From Paraspadella gotoi (Eukaryota; Animalia; Chaetognatha): DNA of 64,000 nucleotides. A model generated the notes under the pieces. The model ran no database searches, was not told the DNA's origin, and was given only the letters and a program-made list of their open reading frames with translations. A program made the translations under genes and the position numbers. Positions within the stretch are counted from its first letter, which is position 1. Every line of letters begins with the position of its first letter. This document shows, in pieces, positions 20,613 to 40,828 of the stretch. The stretch lies in NCBI GenBank assembly GCA_051294375.1, contig CM119269.1:9365274-9429273 (forward strand), in the 5' to 3' direction.

Positions 20613-21570
20613 CAATTAGACAACAGAGGGCCAGACATACAGAACGACATAGATACACAGCAAGCACACGCAGTCCAATTAAAAATAAAAGGAGTTGAAA
20701 CTGAAAAGTAAACCCAAGGCCGTTTTATCTCAATCAGCTACAATAAGTCTGACATTGATCAAAAGACGTTATAATAACTTGTTTAATTTTTACTTTTTTC
20801 CCGTTTTTTAGTCTTTTACTCTGATACTGTTTCTGGTTTTGTCAATACTTATTTTCGTATTAAAAAAAATTTTAAAAAACTTGTATTTTTTCTGGAGTTT
20901 GAACTTTAAATATAATTATTTTTTTCAGATTCGTCCGAGGAAGTCGCTGATGACGACGACGATGATGACGATGATGACGATGAGGACGATAGTGATGACG
21001 ACGACAATGACGATCTTCGCAAAAAAAGAGGTAATGATACTTAATTTTTTCTAAAATTATTAATTGGAAAAAAGAGATAAGGATACTATTACTAAGTCGA
21101 ATAATCAAGGAAGCAGTTTGAAAACAATAAAAGTGTCATGATATTTATTAACAACGAATCGGTTTTGTTTTCCTTTTGAGATCTGATCGTTGATCACTCC
21201 TCACATGATCACGCGACTCACGTTCACGTCGATGGCGACGGCTGCCCGTGTCACAGGTGAGGCATGTGAGTTTGTGAGAGTCTGTGTGTGTCTGTTAATG
21301 TCTCAGGATCGTTATTCGGATAATCATGGGGTTGACTCGAATTGATACCAAAAAAATTTAAGAAGCTTGATTTGGAATTTTGTTAATAAAACCGAGGGAA
21401 ATTGAACAAAACGAACATTTTAAATAAATTTAAATGAGTATAACATAATATCTGCTACAAATTTTTATTCTTGGACATTTAATGACATTTTTTTACTTCA
21501 TACTCAATGAAAAAGAAAACAAAAAAATGTTTTATATCCTTATCTTTTAAAATATAAATACAAAAATATG

Positions 21571-21626
<56 letters not shown>

Positions 21627-21657
21627 GAGAGAGAAAGAGAGAGAAAGAGAGTGTCAA

Positions 21658-29088
<7,431 letters not shown>

Positions 29089-29815
29089 CTTCGTTTATTA
29101 GCTACAATTTGATTCGTAGTTTGTTTGATTGTTTTTTGGGGTTTTTTATTTTTTATCGTGAATTCGTCTCGTATTTTCTTTCCTTCGTTTATAACTTTGT
29201 TATTCGTTAGATCAAAAAGAAATTGAATTTTACCGAAAAAAAAATTGAAAAACCTCAAATTTTCCGATGAAATAAAATCGATGTTTGAGATTTTTGTTTC
29301 GGTTTTTCGGTTTTGGGTGAAAATTCGCGTCGTATCGAAAAGTGTGAACGAGATCTTCTGACCCGTGAATGTGAACGCGAAGCACGCGCCGATGGTCAGG
29401 GGGGGAATGAGAAGGGGGTGGGGGGAGTGATTAAAGGAGGGAGTTGTGATTATTAGGGTTAGGGATTCTCGGATTTGGGGTTTTAAGAGTAGGGTGGTGA
29501 GATAAAAGCCTTGTGAAGAGACAGTAATAATTGTTATGTGATATTGACAGAACCGTTCAATGTAAGCAGTCCCTGAGCTTCGGATCAGGCTGTAACACCG
29601 TGTTACAGGCGGGTTAAGCGCCCCGTCCCTCTTAACTGCGAGGCGACTATTGGAGACGGATTCGCGCGGACGCCGATGGGCTCGATGGAAACTACGAACA
29701 TTTATAAACTCATTTCAGTTATAAATAATCATTATTGATTGTCGTTATTTATCATTTATTGATCTGTTTCCTTTTAGTGAAAAGAGTATCGTGCTATATT
29801 AAATTAAATGATATG

Positions 29816-30758
29816 TGTCAGAATATAAGGTTCTTGGTCCACGTCTCCCCCATTCATATTTTGCGCCTCTGTATCTCTCTCAGATCCATACAGTAAGACT
29901 CTAGCATCTGTCGTCAGCGCCGTCCACTCGCAGCCCTGATTGGTGGGCGCCGTTGGAGATCTCGATGCGTTCCAGCTCCCCCTCGATGTGAGCCACCTTC
30001 GCCCGCTGGTGATCTACATAAAATCTCTTCCAACAGTGGTGCATCGTCCTATCCACTCCTTTGTGGAGTACCCACCGTCAACACTCAACAGTTCACACGC
30101 TTACTTTCTCTGAAGCGTGCTTCGTTACCCATATGCCTTTCGGGTCAACTCAGCAGTCCTGCTGTTTTGATAGCCTTGTGTTCAGCTAGACTGTGAAGTT
30201 ATTTGGTTCTTTTCATTTCAATATCATTTTCTCCGTGGATTTCGACCGAGCCTTGTCCTGGAGCGAGATTCTGCAGGCGCTTGAGACTTGGTTGGCCTTT
30301 TTGGAGTGTCCTTGCGCAGTCCAACGCTTCGACGTTGTAGAGACGGCAGGCCTCTGCGATTGACAGTAACACTTTGTCGCGTGGTATTATCTGGATAACT
30401 TGACTACAGGCTCAACAGACGTCCCTTCTTAAGAAGTCGGAAGAGGTTGGCTTGGCCAGCCATCTCTTCACGTGGCACGACTCCACCGCTCTATTTGCAA
30501 GTCCGCCTCTACATATAGCACGGTGCTTCCCGAATACCCCCATATTCCATACACTATTTTTCACTCCAAAGTTTCTGTGGAACATCCTTGCGAGTCGATT
30601 TCACCCACTTCACAAAGACAAGACAAGGGGTAGGCTCGACAAGCCCCTGGCGGATCAGGACAACGAGATTTTACACCGTCTAGAAGTTCCATGGACGATT
30701 GGTGTCTTTTAATTCGATTTCTCTTCGATGCAAGAAGCGCTGAACCTATATTCTGACA
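29816..30758. mobile_element. Degenerate element with TGT...ACA inverted termini (solo LTR or Ginger-like remnant)
   Basis: tgtcagaatataaggttc at 29816 is inverted to gaacctatattctgaca ending 30758; GC-richer interior with no intact ORF; no TSD seen. Confidence 0.45.
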
Positions 30759-30828
30759 CCGCTGTCATTTAATGAACTGTTTTTTTTACTGTTTTTTTTT
30801 TTTTAAATCTCCTCCAACACGACCACCG

Positions 30829-30891
30829 GTCTAGAACCCCGGACCTTTGGGTTGGGAGGCGAATGACTTGCCTCCGGCACCAATGGCCGCT
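30829..30891 (-). other. tRNA-like fragment (SINE head or tRNA pseudogene)
   Basis: Minus strand gcggccattggtgccggaggcaagtcattcgcctcccaacccaaaggtccggggttctag has A-box-like and B-box-like (GGTTC) spacing but no clean cloverleaf. Confidence 0.3.
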
Positions 30892-31505
30892 GATGAACGG
30901 TTGGTGGATTTTAGTCCACCATACTTGGTAAAGATTGTTGCTGCCGTCGCTTTTAAAAATTAAAGACGTCACAGTAGAATGACCCAGGTTAAATCATTCT
31001 CAATGTCAACCACTCAACCTCCTATTATTTTACTCGTCAGGAATCGAACCCGTAAAATATTTCCCGCAAATCGCTTTTCGGCTTAAACCTAATGCCACAC
31101 GTTGTTGATTTTAATAAAAATTTCCCGGATAAAATTTCAAGCCGCGATTTTTTTTAAACGATCGATAACTTGAGGCAAATCCATTCTCTTTTGTTTTTTT
31201 GTCTTTTGTTTTTCATCTCTGGGTCCTTTTGTCATCGGTGCTCTTTTGTCTTCTAACCTTTGACTTCTTTTTTTTTTCAATAAAAAAGTGTTCGTTTAGA
31301 TTTCATTAAAAAAAAAAAAACCAATTCGATTTTTTTTCTCTCGCATGAAATTAAGTATAGCAACGTAAAATGAAATTTACATAACCTAAATAACTTCAAT
31401 AATACATAGGCCGTTTAGTATTTAATCACCTGCAATTTTCCCTACTAACCCGAATTTTAAAATAAAGACTTCACCGTCCTTTTCCGATAAGTTTGACCCA
31501 TAAAC

Positions 31506-31561
<56 letters not shown>

Positions 31562-31948
31562 GATGGGGGTAAAGGTGAACCTTTTACGTCTAAACAGATG
31601 TTTTTCCCGGAAGAGTTTTTCCTCACGAAGGTCACTTGTGATAATTGTAATACAGTTCACTTGTGATTTAATTTTGATAAAATTGAGATCATTAATTAGG
31701 AAAATTAAATAATAAGGATCTTTGTGTGACCCAAAGATGATCGATACATGAGGCGGCTTGTTCTCACGTGATTTCGGATCTTATTGAGCGTAACGACATA
31801 AAATGAACACGTGATTTCTAGTTTTGTGATCACGTGACTGCCTCATCCCAAGACTCGACGATAGACAATCGCTCGCGCGACCCCAATCCGTTTGACCTCG
31901 AATCACCGACGCCTTTAGGGGAGGAGACGTCAAACTTTATCATCTTTT

Positions 31949-32042
<94 letters not shown>

Positions 32043-32099
32043 ATTTTACGCTTTTTCCAATTTACGACGAAGTTCAATCGAATTCGTAGATATTCGCAA

Positions 32100-32350
32100 C
32101 CGAGATTCGAATCGCCTTTGAATCGCTTATGAATCTGCTTAGAATCGCCTTTAAATCGACTTTACATCGTCTTCAATTCACCTTCGAATTTCACTTGCCT
32201 TGTTCTTAAATCGCTTTTGAATCGGCTTTAAATAACCTTTGAAACACCTTTAATTAGTTTATGAATCACCTTTGAAACCCATTTGAATCAAATTTGTATA
32301 GTTTATGAATCACCTTTGAATCCCCTTTGAATCGCTTTTAAATCTGAACT
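32100..32350. repeat. Degenerate 11-bp tandem repeat (gaatcgccttt)
   Basis: Many adjacent gaatcrcctt variants. Confidence 0.7.
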
Positions 32351-35300
32351 TGAATCGACCAAAATATCCTTAAATCTACATAGAAACGCGAATATATTTC
32401 GCAATTTATGTACTTCCAAAGTAATACTGCTAAGTTTCTTTAGAATATTTCTACAAATACTAAACTTATTTACGATTTCGTTTTCATTCATTCGTTATTT
32501 ACGTCGCTTAAGATTTAGAAATCCTTGCTCCATGTTAAAGCCAGTTCATCCGACGGCCGACGCCTCGAACGCGCGACCCTCGCAGCCATACTTTAGAAAA
32601 TATATAACCCAAAGATATTTAACCCAAATTTATTATAAAACTTATAACCAGATCCTTAACCCTTATTCCTTAACATAATCCATTGTGCTTAATTCTTAAC
32701 CCTAAACCCTAATCCTTGAAGAATAACCTTAATCCTTAACTCTATTTATTTATTCACTAACCTCATCTTAAACCATAACGAAATCTTTAATCCTAACCTC
32801 TAACCTTATAATTAAACCTAAAAATTGATTTAATTCCGAATTTAAGTTAAAACTGGGGGGCTTTGCGAAAGTGAGGCCGATCTTCTTGGTGTCCCCGTCG
32901 GCCCAATGGAGCCCGCCCTCCCGGTTGGCGATGGCGAGGCCATTCATCCAGGCTCGCTCGATGCGGGGGACGTGGCCGTTAAATCATGCCGTCTATAAAC
33001 AATTTTAAGTAATCTATATTAGGGTACGTCATACAAAGTTAATATTGGAAAGAGAAGCCGGGTACTCTGGTAGAGAAAGCAAACGATGAGAGTCTTGATT
33101 AAAAGCTTTCAAGGTCCTGCTCTATTGATGGAGGCCTTAACCCACCGTATCCTGTCCAAAGTTGGGGGCAAGATCGCTTATTTATTAAATAAATGGAAAT
33201 TTTTTATATTGGCTGTACCTACTAATTTCATACCAATTTATTTTTATTCTGAATATAAATTTATATGAAATTTGTAAAACTATAATGAAAATTATTCATT
33301 CATTCAATAAACAAGCAAAGTTTCCCTTAACTTTGACCGGCATGAGTTATATTATATTATGGAATAAAAAAAAATTTTGATCGCTGATTTTTGTTACATT
33401 TTAAAAACTTTTATTCTGCAAAAAGAAATAATAAAATAACTCGAATTATCTTGTACATGTTATTATTGTTTAATTAATAAATTATAAGTTACCACAATGG
33501 CTCTCATATACAGTAACATTTCTATCTCTTGATAACAAATAACAAAACTATAATAAAAAATCAGTTATAAAAATAGCTAAATATTAATATTTTTTTTTGC
33601 TAATTTGTATTTTCGAGAATTCAATTTTCAGTCAGAAGGAATTTGTTAACTTGGAAATTAATTATGTCTTAAAATAAAACTTTAAACCGATCTCTCACAT
33701 GTAATTTTTTTATTTTATTTTGATTTTACCTTCATAAACCCCTTTAAAATTTTATTTTTTCTTAACTTTTTAATATATTTTTTGAAATTTAAAATATTTT
33801 TGATGTGAATCTACATTCTTTTAATATATAATCATTCATGATTTGATAGTAAAACAAAAGTTTTCTCCAATAAAATTAAATGATATTAATGATATTTCCA
33901 ATTTTGACGATTTTGGCATATATACCCAATGAGCTTCAACCAAAAATGGGCAGGTCAAGAAAATAAAGAAAGAACCCAAGTTTTTTTTCTGGTTCAAAGA
34001 GAAAAAAAACCATAAGAACCCGAGTACAGTGAACATATTCCAAAATTGTCTAGGTATGACCTACCCTAATCTGTATTTTTCGATTCGAAAAGGTGACGAA
34101 TTGATTTCGTAACTCGGTGTCTATAACCCCTGGAGACCTAGAAAGCAATCAACCTCACCCGAATTCTTTCGATGAATATTTTCTCCCCCGTTGTTTCAAA
34201 AAAAAAAACCCATCAATTACCAAAATTCCTAAGGCGACGTAATAGGCCAATGAAATTCATTATTTTGAATTTTCACTATTTTGTTTGGATTTCCAAGTCT
34301 ACAGAAACAGTTTGGTTAACTTCGTGCGATATTACTTAGTGTGTTTTGAATAAATTAGTTTTAATTTAACGTAGCATTGCTTACTTGCAACAGTAAGCAA
34401 GATGTCGTCGGAAATGACAATTTTTGAATTATATATGAAATGCTTTAAAAATTGTGCAAACAATTAGGGTAGGTTGATGTCAAAATAGCGAAAAAAATTA
34501 GAATTAAAATTCAGCATACATAATAGAAAATAAGGACTTAAAATTAATTTACCAAAATATATTTATAGTTTTAAGTGTTAAGGAAAATCAAAAGTTAAAA
34601 AAATTATAGATTTTCATTGTGTCAAAATTGTAATAAGCTATATTTTTAAGCTAAAATGTATTTGTTCTTTCCTCGAGGGCGGCGCCATTAGCCAAGCTTA
34701 GTCGTTACCCGCCTCGAACCGATAGGAGAACTCTTCCTCCTCCTCCACTCGTTTGAGCCCACCCGAGGGTTTCCCTCCCCCCCCCCCCCCCCCCCCGAGT
34801 CATTCTGAGCCTCTTACCTAGTCGCGCTACGGATCTCCTGGACCCATCGTTGACGAGCTCTCGGGATTACTCCGCGCTTTAATTCACTCTCCAACATTAC
34901 ACCTTTTGCTTTATATTTCTTATTTTCACTTGCGTACCTTACTGATCAGGCAGCCGGTTCGTACTTCGAGCTCGATCTCCAGGTCAACCAGCTTTCTTTT
35001 CGTTTTGTTTTTAGATAATTAACACACGTTTTGTTTTACTTATACTTTCCTGTTTATGCCCTACGACATCATCGTTATTAATGTAAAAATAAACGTCCTT
35101 TGTTAATTAAGCTAAAAATTGAAAATTATAAAATAAATTTTATTTTTGATCCTATTTTGATCGGAAAAAAAATTGATATTACTTTTTTTTACTTTTTTTT
35201 TAAAAAATAGGAATTCAAAATTTTAATTTTTTAATTTATTTATTTAGCTTTATATATTCTTATAATTAATTATTGTCTTTGAATAATTCTGTATTGACGC

Positions 35301-36624
35301 TCGTGACCATAGAAAATGGGCTCGACGTGCGACTGCCGTGGATTCGATATCGGCGTAATAATTTTACCTAACTTACCCTTACCCTTAACCTTAATTTACC
35401 CTTACCCTTAATTTACCCCTACCCCCAACTTGCCCTTAATTTACCCTTAACCCTAACTTACCCTTATCCCTAACTTAATTTATAATATCTGAATTCCTTT
35501 AATTTTTCCCTTCTGAGAAATTATTCTCCGTTCTGTATTGTTTTTCTTACATTCATTCATAAAGACCTTGCTCTTCGTTTTCCCATATACCTCTGGAGCG
35601 TATCAATCTCCAGGATTACCTTTAAACTAAATTCAGTAATTTTATTGGCAAAAATTGTCATTTCGACAAGAAATAAAACATTATAGAAAAAAATCATCAT
35701 CTTCCTTAAAATCTTTCGAATTTATTACAGAAGCAGGAAAAAACCAGTTTGATATCTTTCCTCGTGGAAGATGCCACGACGATCGACTGGCCAGTGGATT
35801 CGGCCGAAGATTTTTTTGCTTTTTTGGCATCTTCCACATTCTCTTATTTTTATAACGCCACATAACCAAGTACAACCAAAAATAAATAGTTGTAGTCGCA
35901 CGTTGGACTATAATACTTTTTCTCGGTCAAGGTTGGCCATCGTCGAGATTTATTATAAAGCAGTTCGGCAAGTTTTTATAATCCAGAGCTTAAACCACGG
36001 ACCCCCCCAAAAAAAATCTTCCGAATTTACTTATGAAAAGAGAAGCTGGTTTTGGCAACGGGAAGATCAAATTTATGAAAATTTGCAAATTACTTGTTTC
36101 ACTATTTTCTATTTTTATATTTTATGAAGGATTTAGTATTTAATCTTATTATTTAATCAAACATATATTGCTTTCTTTCTTAAAAATGTTTTATTTATCT
36201 AATAATTCAATTTGGGAAGGGGAAGTCAGTGTTGTCTTCTGGAAATAGAGGGAGCATCTATACAACACAAGGTTAGATGACTATCTGTCCTAGTTTTCTA
36301 ATAGATATCACACATCATTTCTGTTAGAAAGTCATTAATGAAAAATCATAATATCTAAGTTATATATATATATATATATTATATATTATATTTAGTTTCG
36401 GATGAAGACGATTTTTCCTTCTAAATTTTGTTCATTAAAATAATTGGAACGTTTTCTTGCGATGACAATTTAAAAATTAATAATATTTTATTAACGCGTA
36501 AAGATTAGATTGCTTGGAATCGTACATTTTCATGCTAACTGCGTGTCTCACTTATTATCGCCCCACCTTATTGGGGACGTCTAACTTCATAAACTGTCTT
36601 CAAAAATTCTGTAGAACGGTGAAG

Positions 36625-39585
36625 ATGACCAGACTGTTCAACGTGGAGACTTTCGTCATCCTCGCGATTTGGGTCAACGTCGTCGTCGCGGTCGTCGTTC
36701 TCGACGACCTCCAACTTCAGCACTTGACGATAAACAACCGCACAAATCCGCGCCCGATTATCGGCGTCCTTGCGCAGGAGTCCTTCGGCAACAGGACTAA
36801 GTTTGGTCAGTCCTACATCGCCGCCTCTTACGTAAAATTCCTGGAGGGGTCTGGAGCGAGGGTCGCCCCGGTCAAGATCAACCAAACGAAGGAGTACTAC
36901 GAGGTATGTCAGCTGTTCACTATCATTTTCTATTAAACTGTTATCCTCTCGTTTATCCAGTTCATGTTCAGAAGCCTTAACGGAATTGTACTTCCTGGCG
37001 GCGCCCAAAATCAACTGTACTCTGGATACGCCAATGCCGCCCGGTTTTTCATCGTGGAATCGGTGAAAGCATATTTGAAAGGTATTTATTATCATTTCCC
37101 GCCGTTTTTTTTATCTGTCCGGTTTTAGAAACTAGTCTTGATTTCTGGCCAAGTTTTCGGTAAAATTTTCGGTAAATTGATGGACTGCGCCCGGCCGAAA
37201 CTTTTCTGATAGTCGCGAAGTGATACTACAAGCATAATAAAATTATAATAAAAGATTATTTTCTTAAATATTTTATTACATTAAACTATGCTCAACTGTT
37301 ACCCCGTTTAGGCATAAAAGTAAAATTTTACCCCTTTTTGGCATAATTCTAATATGCGTTTACTGTTTAGGGTTAAGGGTAGTTTAAATATGTTAAGGGT
37401 TTTTATATTTTTCAAAAAGAAGGCAAAATCTCAGTCGGCGAAAGTAAAATTATTACCGCTAACCATATTTTTAAACCCACAACATCAGGCGACCACTTCC
37501 CAGTCTGGGGAGAATGTCTCGGCTATGAGGAACTGTTCAGCCTCGTTATCGACCAGAACATCGTCAGTCCCTGCGAAAACACGCACAACGTTTCGCGCAA
37601 TATCTCGTTCGGAGACGAATTTCGACGAAGCAGGATGTTCGAAAAAGTAAGTTTAATCGCTTGAATACGGTTTCAATTTGATTCATGCCAAGTATCGTTG
37701 ACGATTAGTCAAATGACGAGGGTAATTAATGAGTGAAGGCAAGTTTGGTTCGAAGTTAGTTTTATTAACGACAAAGGTAATGACGAAATGATGAACAAAG
37801 GTTACAATTATTTAATTATTCAATAATTAAATGAAGATTTGTTTCTTGAGTTTGGATGTTGAGGAGAATGCCACGAGATCCCTCGGCAATCCCCGGCCGT
37901 CGATCCCATAGTCTCTCTGTCGGTCATTGGTCAGTCTAAGGTTGATGTCAGTTCTGTGTTTCGTCGGCTTTCGTGAGGGATACGAGCAATCGCAACACTC
38001 GACCAATAAAGTCCGTTGATAGGTCCCTTTCGGGGTCACTTTACTATTTGACGACCGCAACTCACCTTAGGTCGGTCGGTCGGAGCTTTGTTAATTCATT
38101 TAATTTTGTTTTCCTTCTAGCGTCGAGTCTCAGTTTGTGCAATAATATATATTTTTTTTTTCGGTAATAAAAAAATTTTAATTTTATAATAAATAATAAT
38201 TGTTTTAAATTTATTTTATTTGCTATTTTTATGTTTGAGGTAAAAAATAGTTTGTTTACATACAAGAGGTTTTATTATTATTCTTGATAAACTATTAAGA
38301 AACATAAATTTCGGACATGTTTCGGCTTCAATGTAATCCCTTCAACAGCGTAAAAATGAATTGATTTGTGAAACAAATATTTTTACAAACTCTTTCTCTC
38401 TCTTCAAACTTCAAAGTTTGTAAAAATATTTGTTTCACAAATAAATTCGTTTTTACGCTGATGGTTTACATTAAAAACGAAATTTGTCTGAAATTTATAT
38501 TTCTTATTAAAACTCGTACGTAAACCAACAATTCATTTTCTAACAACAAAACACGAAATAAAAGAAAAAAAAAACCGACCGCAAAAGCCCGGTCTAGTTG
38601 GCTAGTCGGCGAATGTAAAAATAAGCCCCATTTCGTTTATGGTATTTAACCCTGGAGTTAGATATTCTTTCAGGAATTTTTTTGGAAACATTCTTCTTAA
38701 TTCTGATGCGACAGGCGCCCGAGGATCTCATCGAAATCATGCGGACCAAAGAAGTCGCGGCGCACTTTCACCACAAATGCGTCTACGAATCAACCTTCAA
38801 CCAATTTCAAAGACTCAGGAATGTTTACCGCGTCCTCTCCACCGACGTTGACGGAAACGGCACAAGGTTCTCGTAATTCTAGCTTTGTTTAATGTTTATT
38901 TCTAATTCTAAACAAATTTTAACTTAACAACCAAGATCCGGTATTCTTTCTCAGATACATAGCCGCTGTAGAAGGAAGATTCGCTCCGATCTACGGACTA
39001 CAATGGCATCCGGAAAAGAACCTCTACGAATGGCATCCGGAGTCTGTTGGAAGCAAGCACACCGAAGATGCATACCGGGTGATTGAAAGAAAAGACCGAT
39101 TTCTGGAGTGGTCACTTTAGAAGTAATCGTGAAAAATCTTTTGTGTCAATTCGGAAAACTAGGATATTGTACTCTAACCTTGAGTTGGGTAGATGCGTCC
39201 TCTATTTTCAGAAGGCAACACTGACCTCCCCCTCCCAAAAATGAAGTATAAGATATAATGATAAGTTAAAATAATATAGATTAAATATTAAAGCTTTCAA
39301 CATTATTATTATAATATATAAAAATAAAAAGTAGTTAAGCAAGTAATTTTACAAAAATAATCTAAAATAAATTAAACAAGTAATTGTGGCTCATTGCCTC
39401 TCGTTTCCAAGGTAACACGATACTTTGGCGACTTCTTGGTTTCCGAGGCGCGTCGCAGCAATCATAACTTTAAAGATTACGAGGAGGAGATGGATTACCT
39501 CATCTTCAACTATCCACCGGTTTATACGGGCAAGCTGCTGGTAGGAAAGGGCCACTTCGACTTGTGCTATTTTATCGAAATCTGA
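36625..39585 (+). CDS. GGH: Gamma-glutamyl hydrolase (peptidase C26), 6 exons, signal peptide
   Basis: Exons 36625-36903, 36961-37081, 37489-37646, 38715-38866, 38955-39078, 39412-39585, phase-consistent. Motifs [46 protein letters not shown] (catalytic Cys), QWHPEK (catalytic His), [13 protein letters not shown]. Confidence 0.95.
38291..38510. mobile_element. ~220-bp palindromic element with two inverted degenerate hammerhead motifs, in GGH intron 3
   Basis: Arms are reverse complements (gtgaaacaaatatttttacaaac / gtttgtaaaaatatttgtttcac); minus arm CTGTTGA...gccGAAAcatGTC, plus arm CTGATGG...GAAAtttGTC. Confidence 0.6.
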
Positions 39586-40828
39586 TGGAACCTCACACTT
39601 GGGCGACTCGTTGAGCTTAGATGAAATCACTGCATCTAAAAACAACTTCCAGACGAAAATATTATTGATTTTTCCTTGTAGATTTTTAGTTTTTAGTTTG
39701 TCTTTTAAATTTAATTGTTATCTTTCATTAGAAGTAGTAACAGAGGACGTTTCATGTGAGCCTTATAATATTTTGCTTTTTTTTAGCTTGCATTAGGAGT
39801 AAATCTATCTTGCATTGGTATTTTTTAACTTTCATCGAAATGATGTATGTATTTTCAGGGTTTTTTTTAGCTTTCATTTTCTTTTGTTAGCTAGTATTTT
39901 GAAATAAATTGGAATATATATTTTAACTTGCATATTGTTAATCTTCCATTTTTAAGCAGACTGTGGGATAACTTTATTTTTGATTTTTTTTTTTCTTGCA
40001 TTTCTGAGGCAAAAGAAAAGAGATAAAGAATGACTAACTTTTATTTTGTTTAGAATTAAAATTTATATCTCTTTTTATAAAAGTACATAATGGTATGTAG
40101 CTGAAAATATAAATGTGGCTTTCCATCATCAAATGGGCTACTGGGATAATTTAAAAATTAATTTTTTTTCAAATATGTTTTTGGTACAACTATGGATCAA
40201 CTATTCAAATGATCTGAAATTTTCACTACGCCTTACTAATAAAAGAAGAATCAGTGGCTTCAGAAAGTTTGTGGACAGAGAGAAAAAGAGATATCGCTCT
40301 CTCTTCTTCTACCCCGGTCAACATCAGACAGAATTTGGATAGCGAGTTCAGATTCTGATTCGGCTCGCGTAGAGGTAACTTCCCACGGCCTACAATCAAC
40401 CATTTAGAGGTTTTACTGGATTTATTTTTTGACGAGATTTGTTAGTAAGTGTAAGTGTCCGCTTTATTCGGTTGCGATATTTAGCTGAGCCTGATCATTT
40501 TCCTATTCCTGGAACAACTAATATTGTTGGCTTTTCAACAAGCCCTACAATCACTACAATCGAAAATCACAAAAAAGTATTAACTCCAAAAGCAAACATT
40601 GTAATTAATCAAACGACCACTGAAATAAAAAAAATTAAACAATTTCCTGAATTAATGATTTTAAAAAGATCAATATAGCAGAGTATTTATTTCACTTTTT
40701 AAGCTAAAATTTCCAGGTCATTATAATTACATGTAATCACATTTAACGAAGACCCTTTTCCAACCCCACGACATTTTTCCCTTCCTTACCCATTAACCGT
40801 TAACCCTCACCCCAACCTTCACTCCTTT

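Noticed and set aside
30829-30891. Functional tRNA gene
   Set aside because: No complete acceptor stem or canonical T-loop could be folded; kept only as a tRNA-like remnant.
36568-37095. 175-aa minus-strand ORF
   Set aside because: Antisense shadow of GGH exons 1-2.
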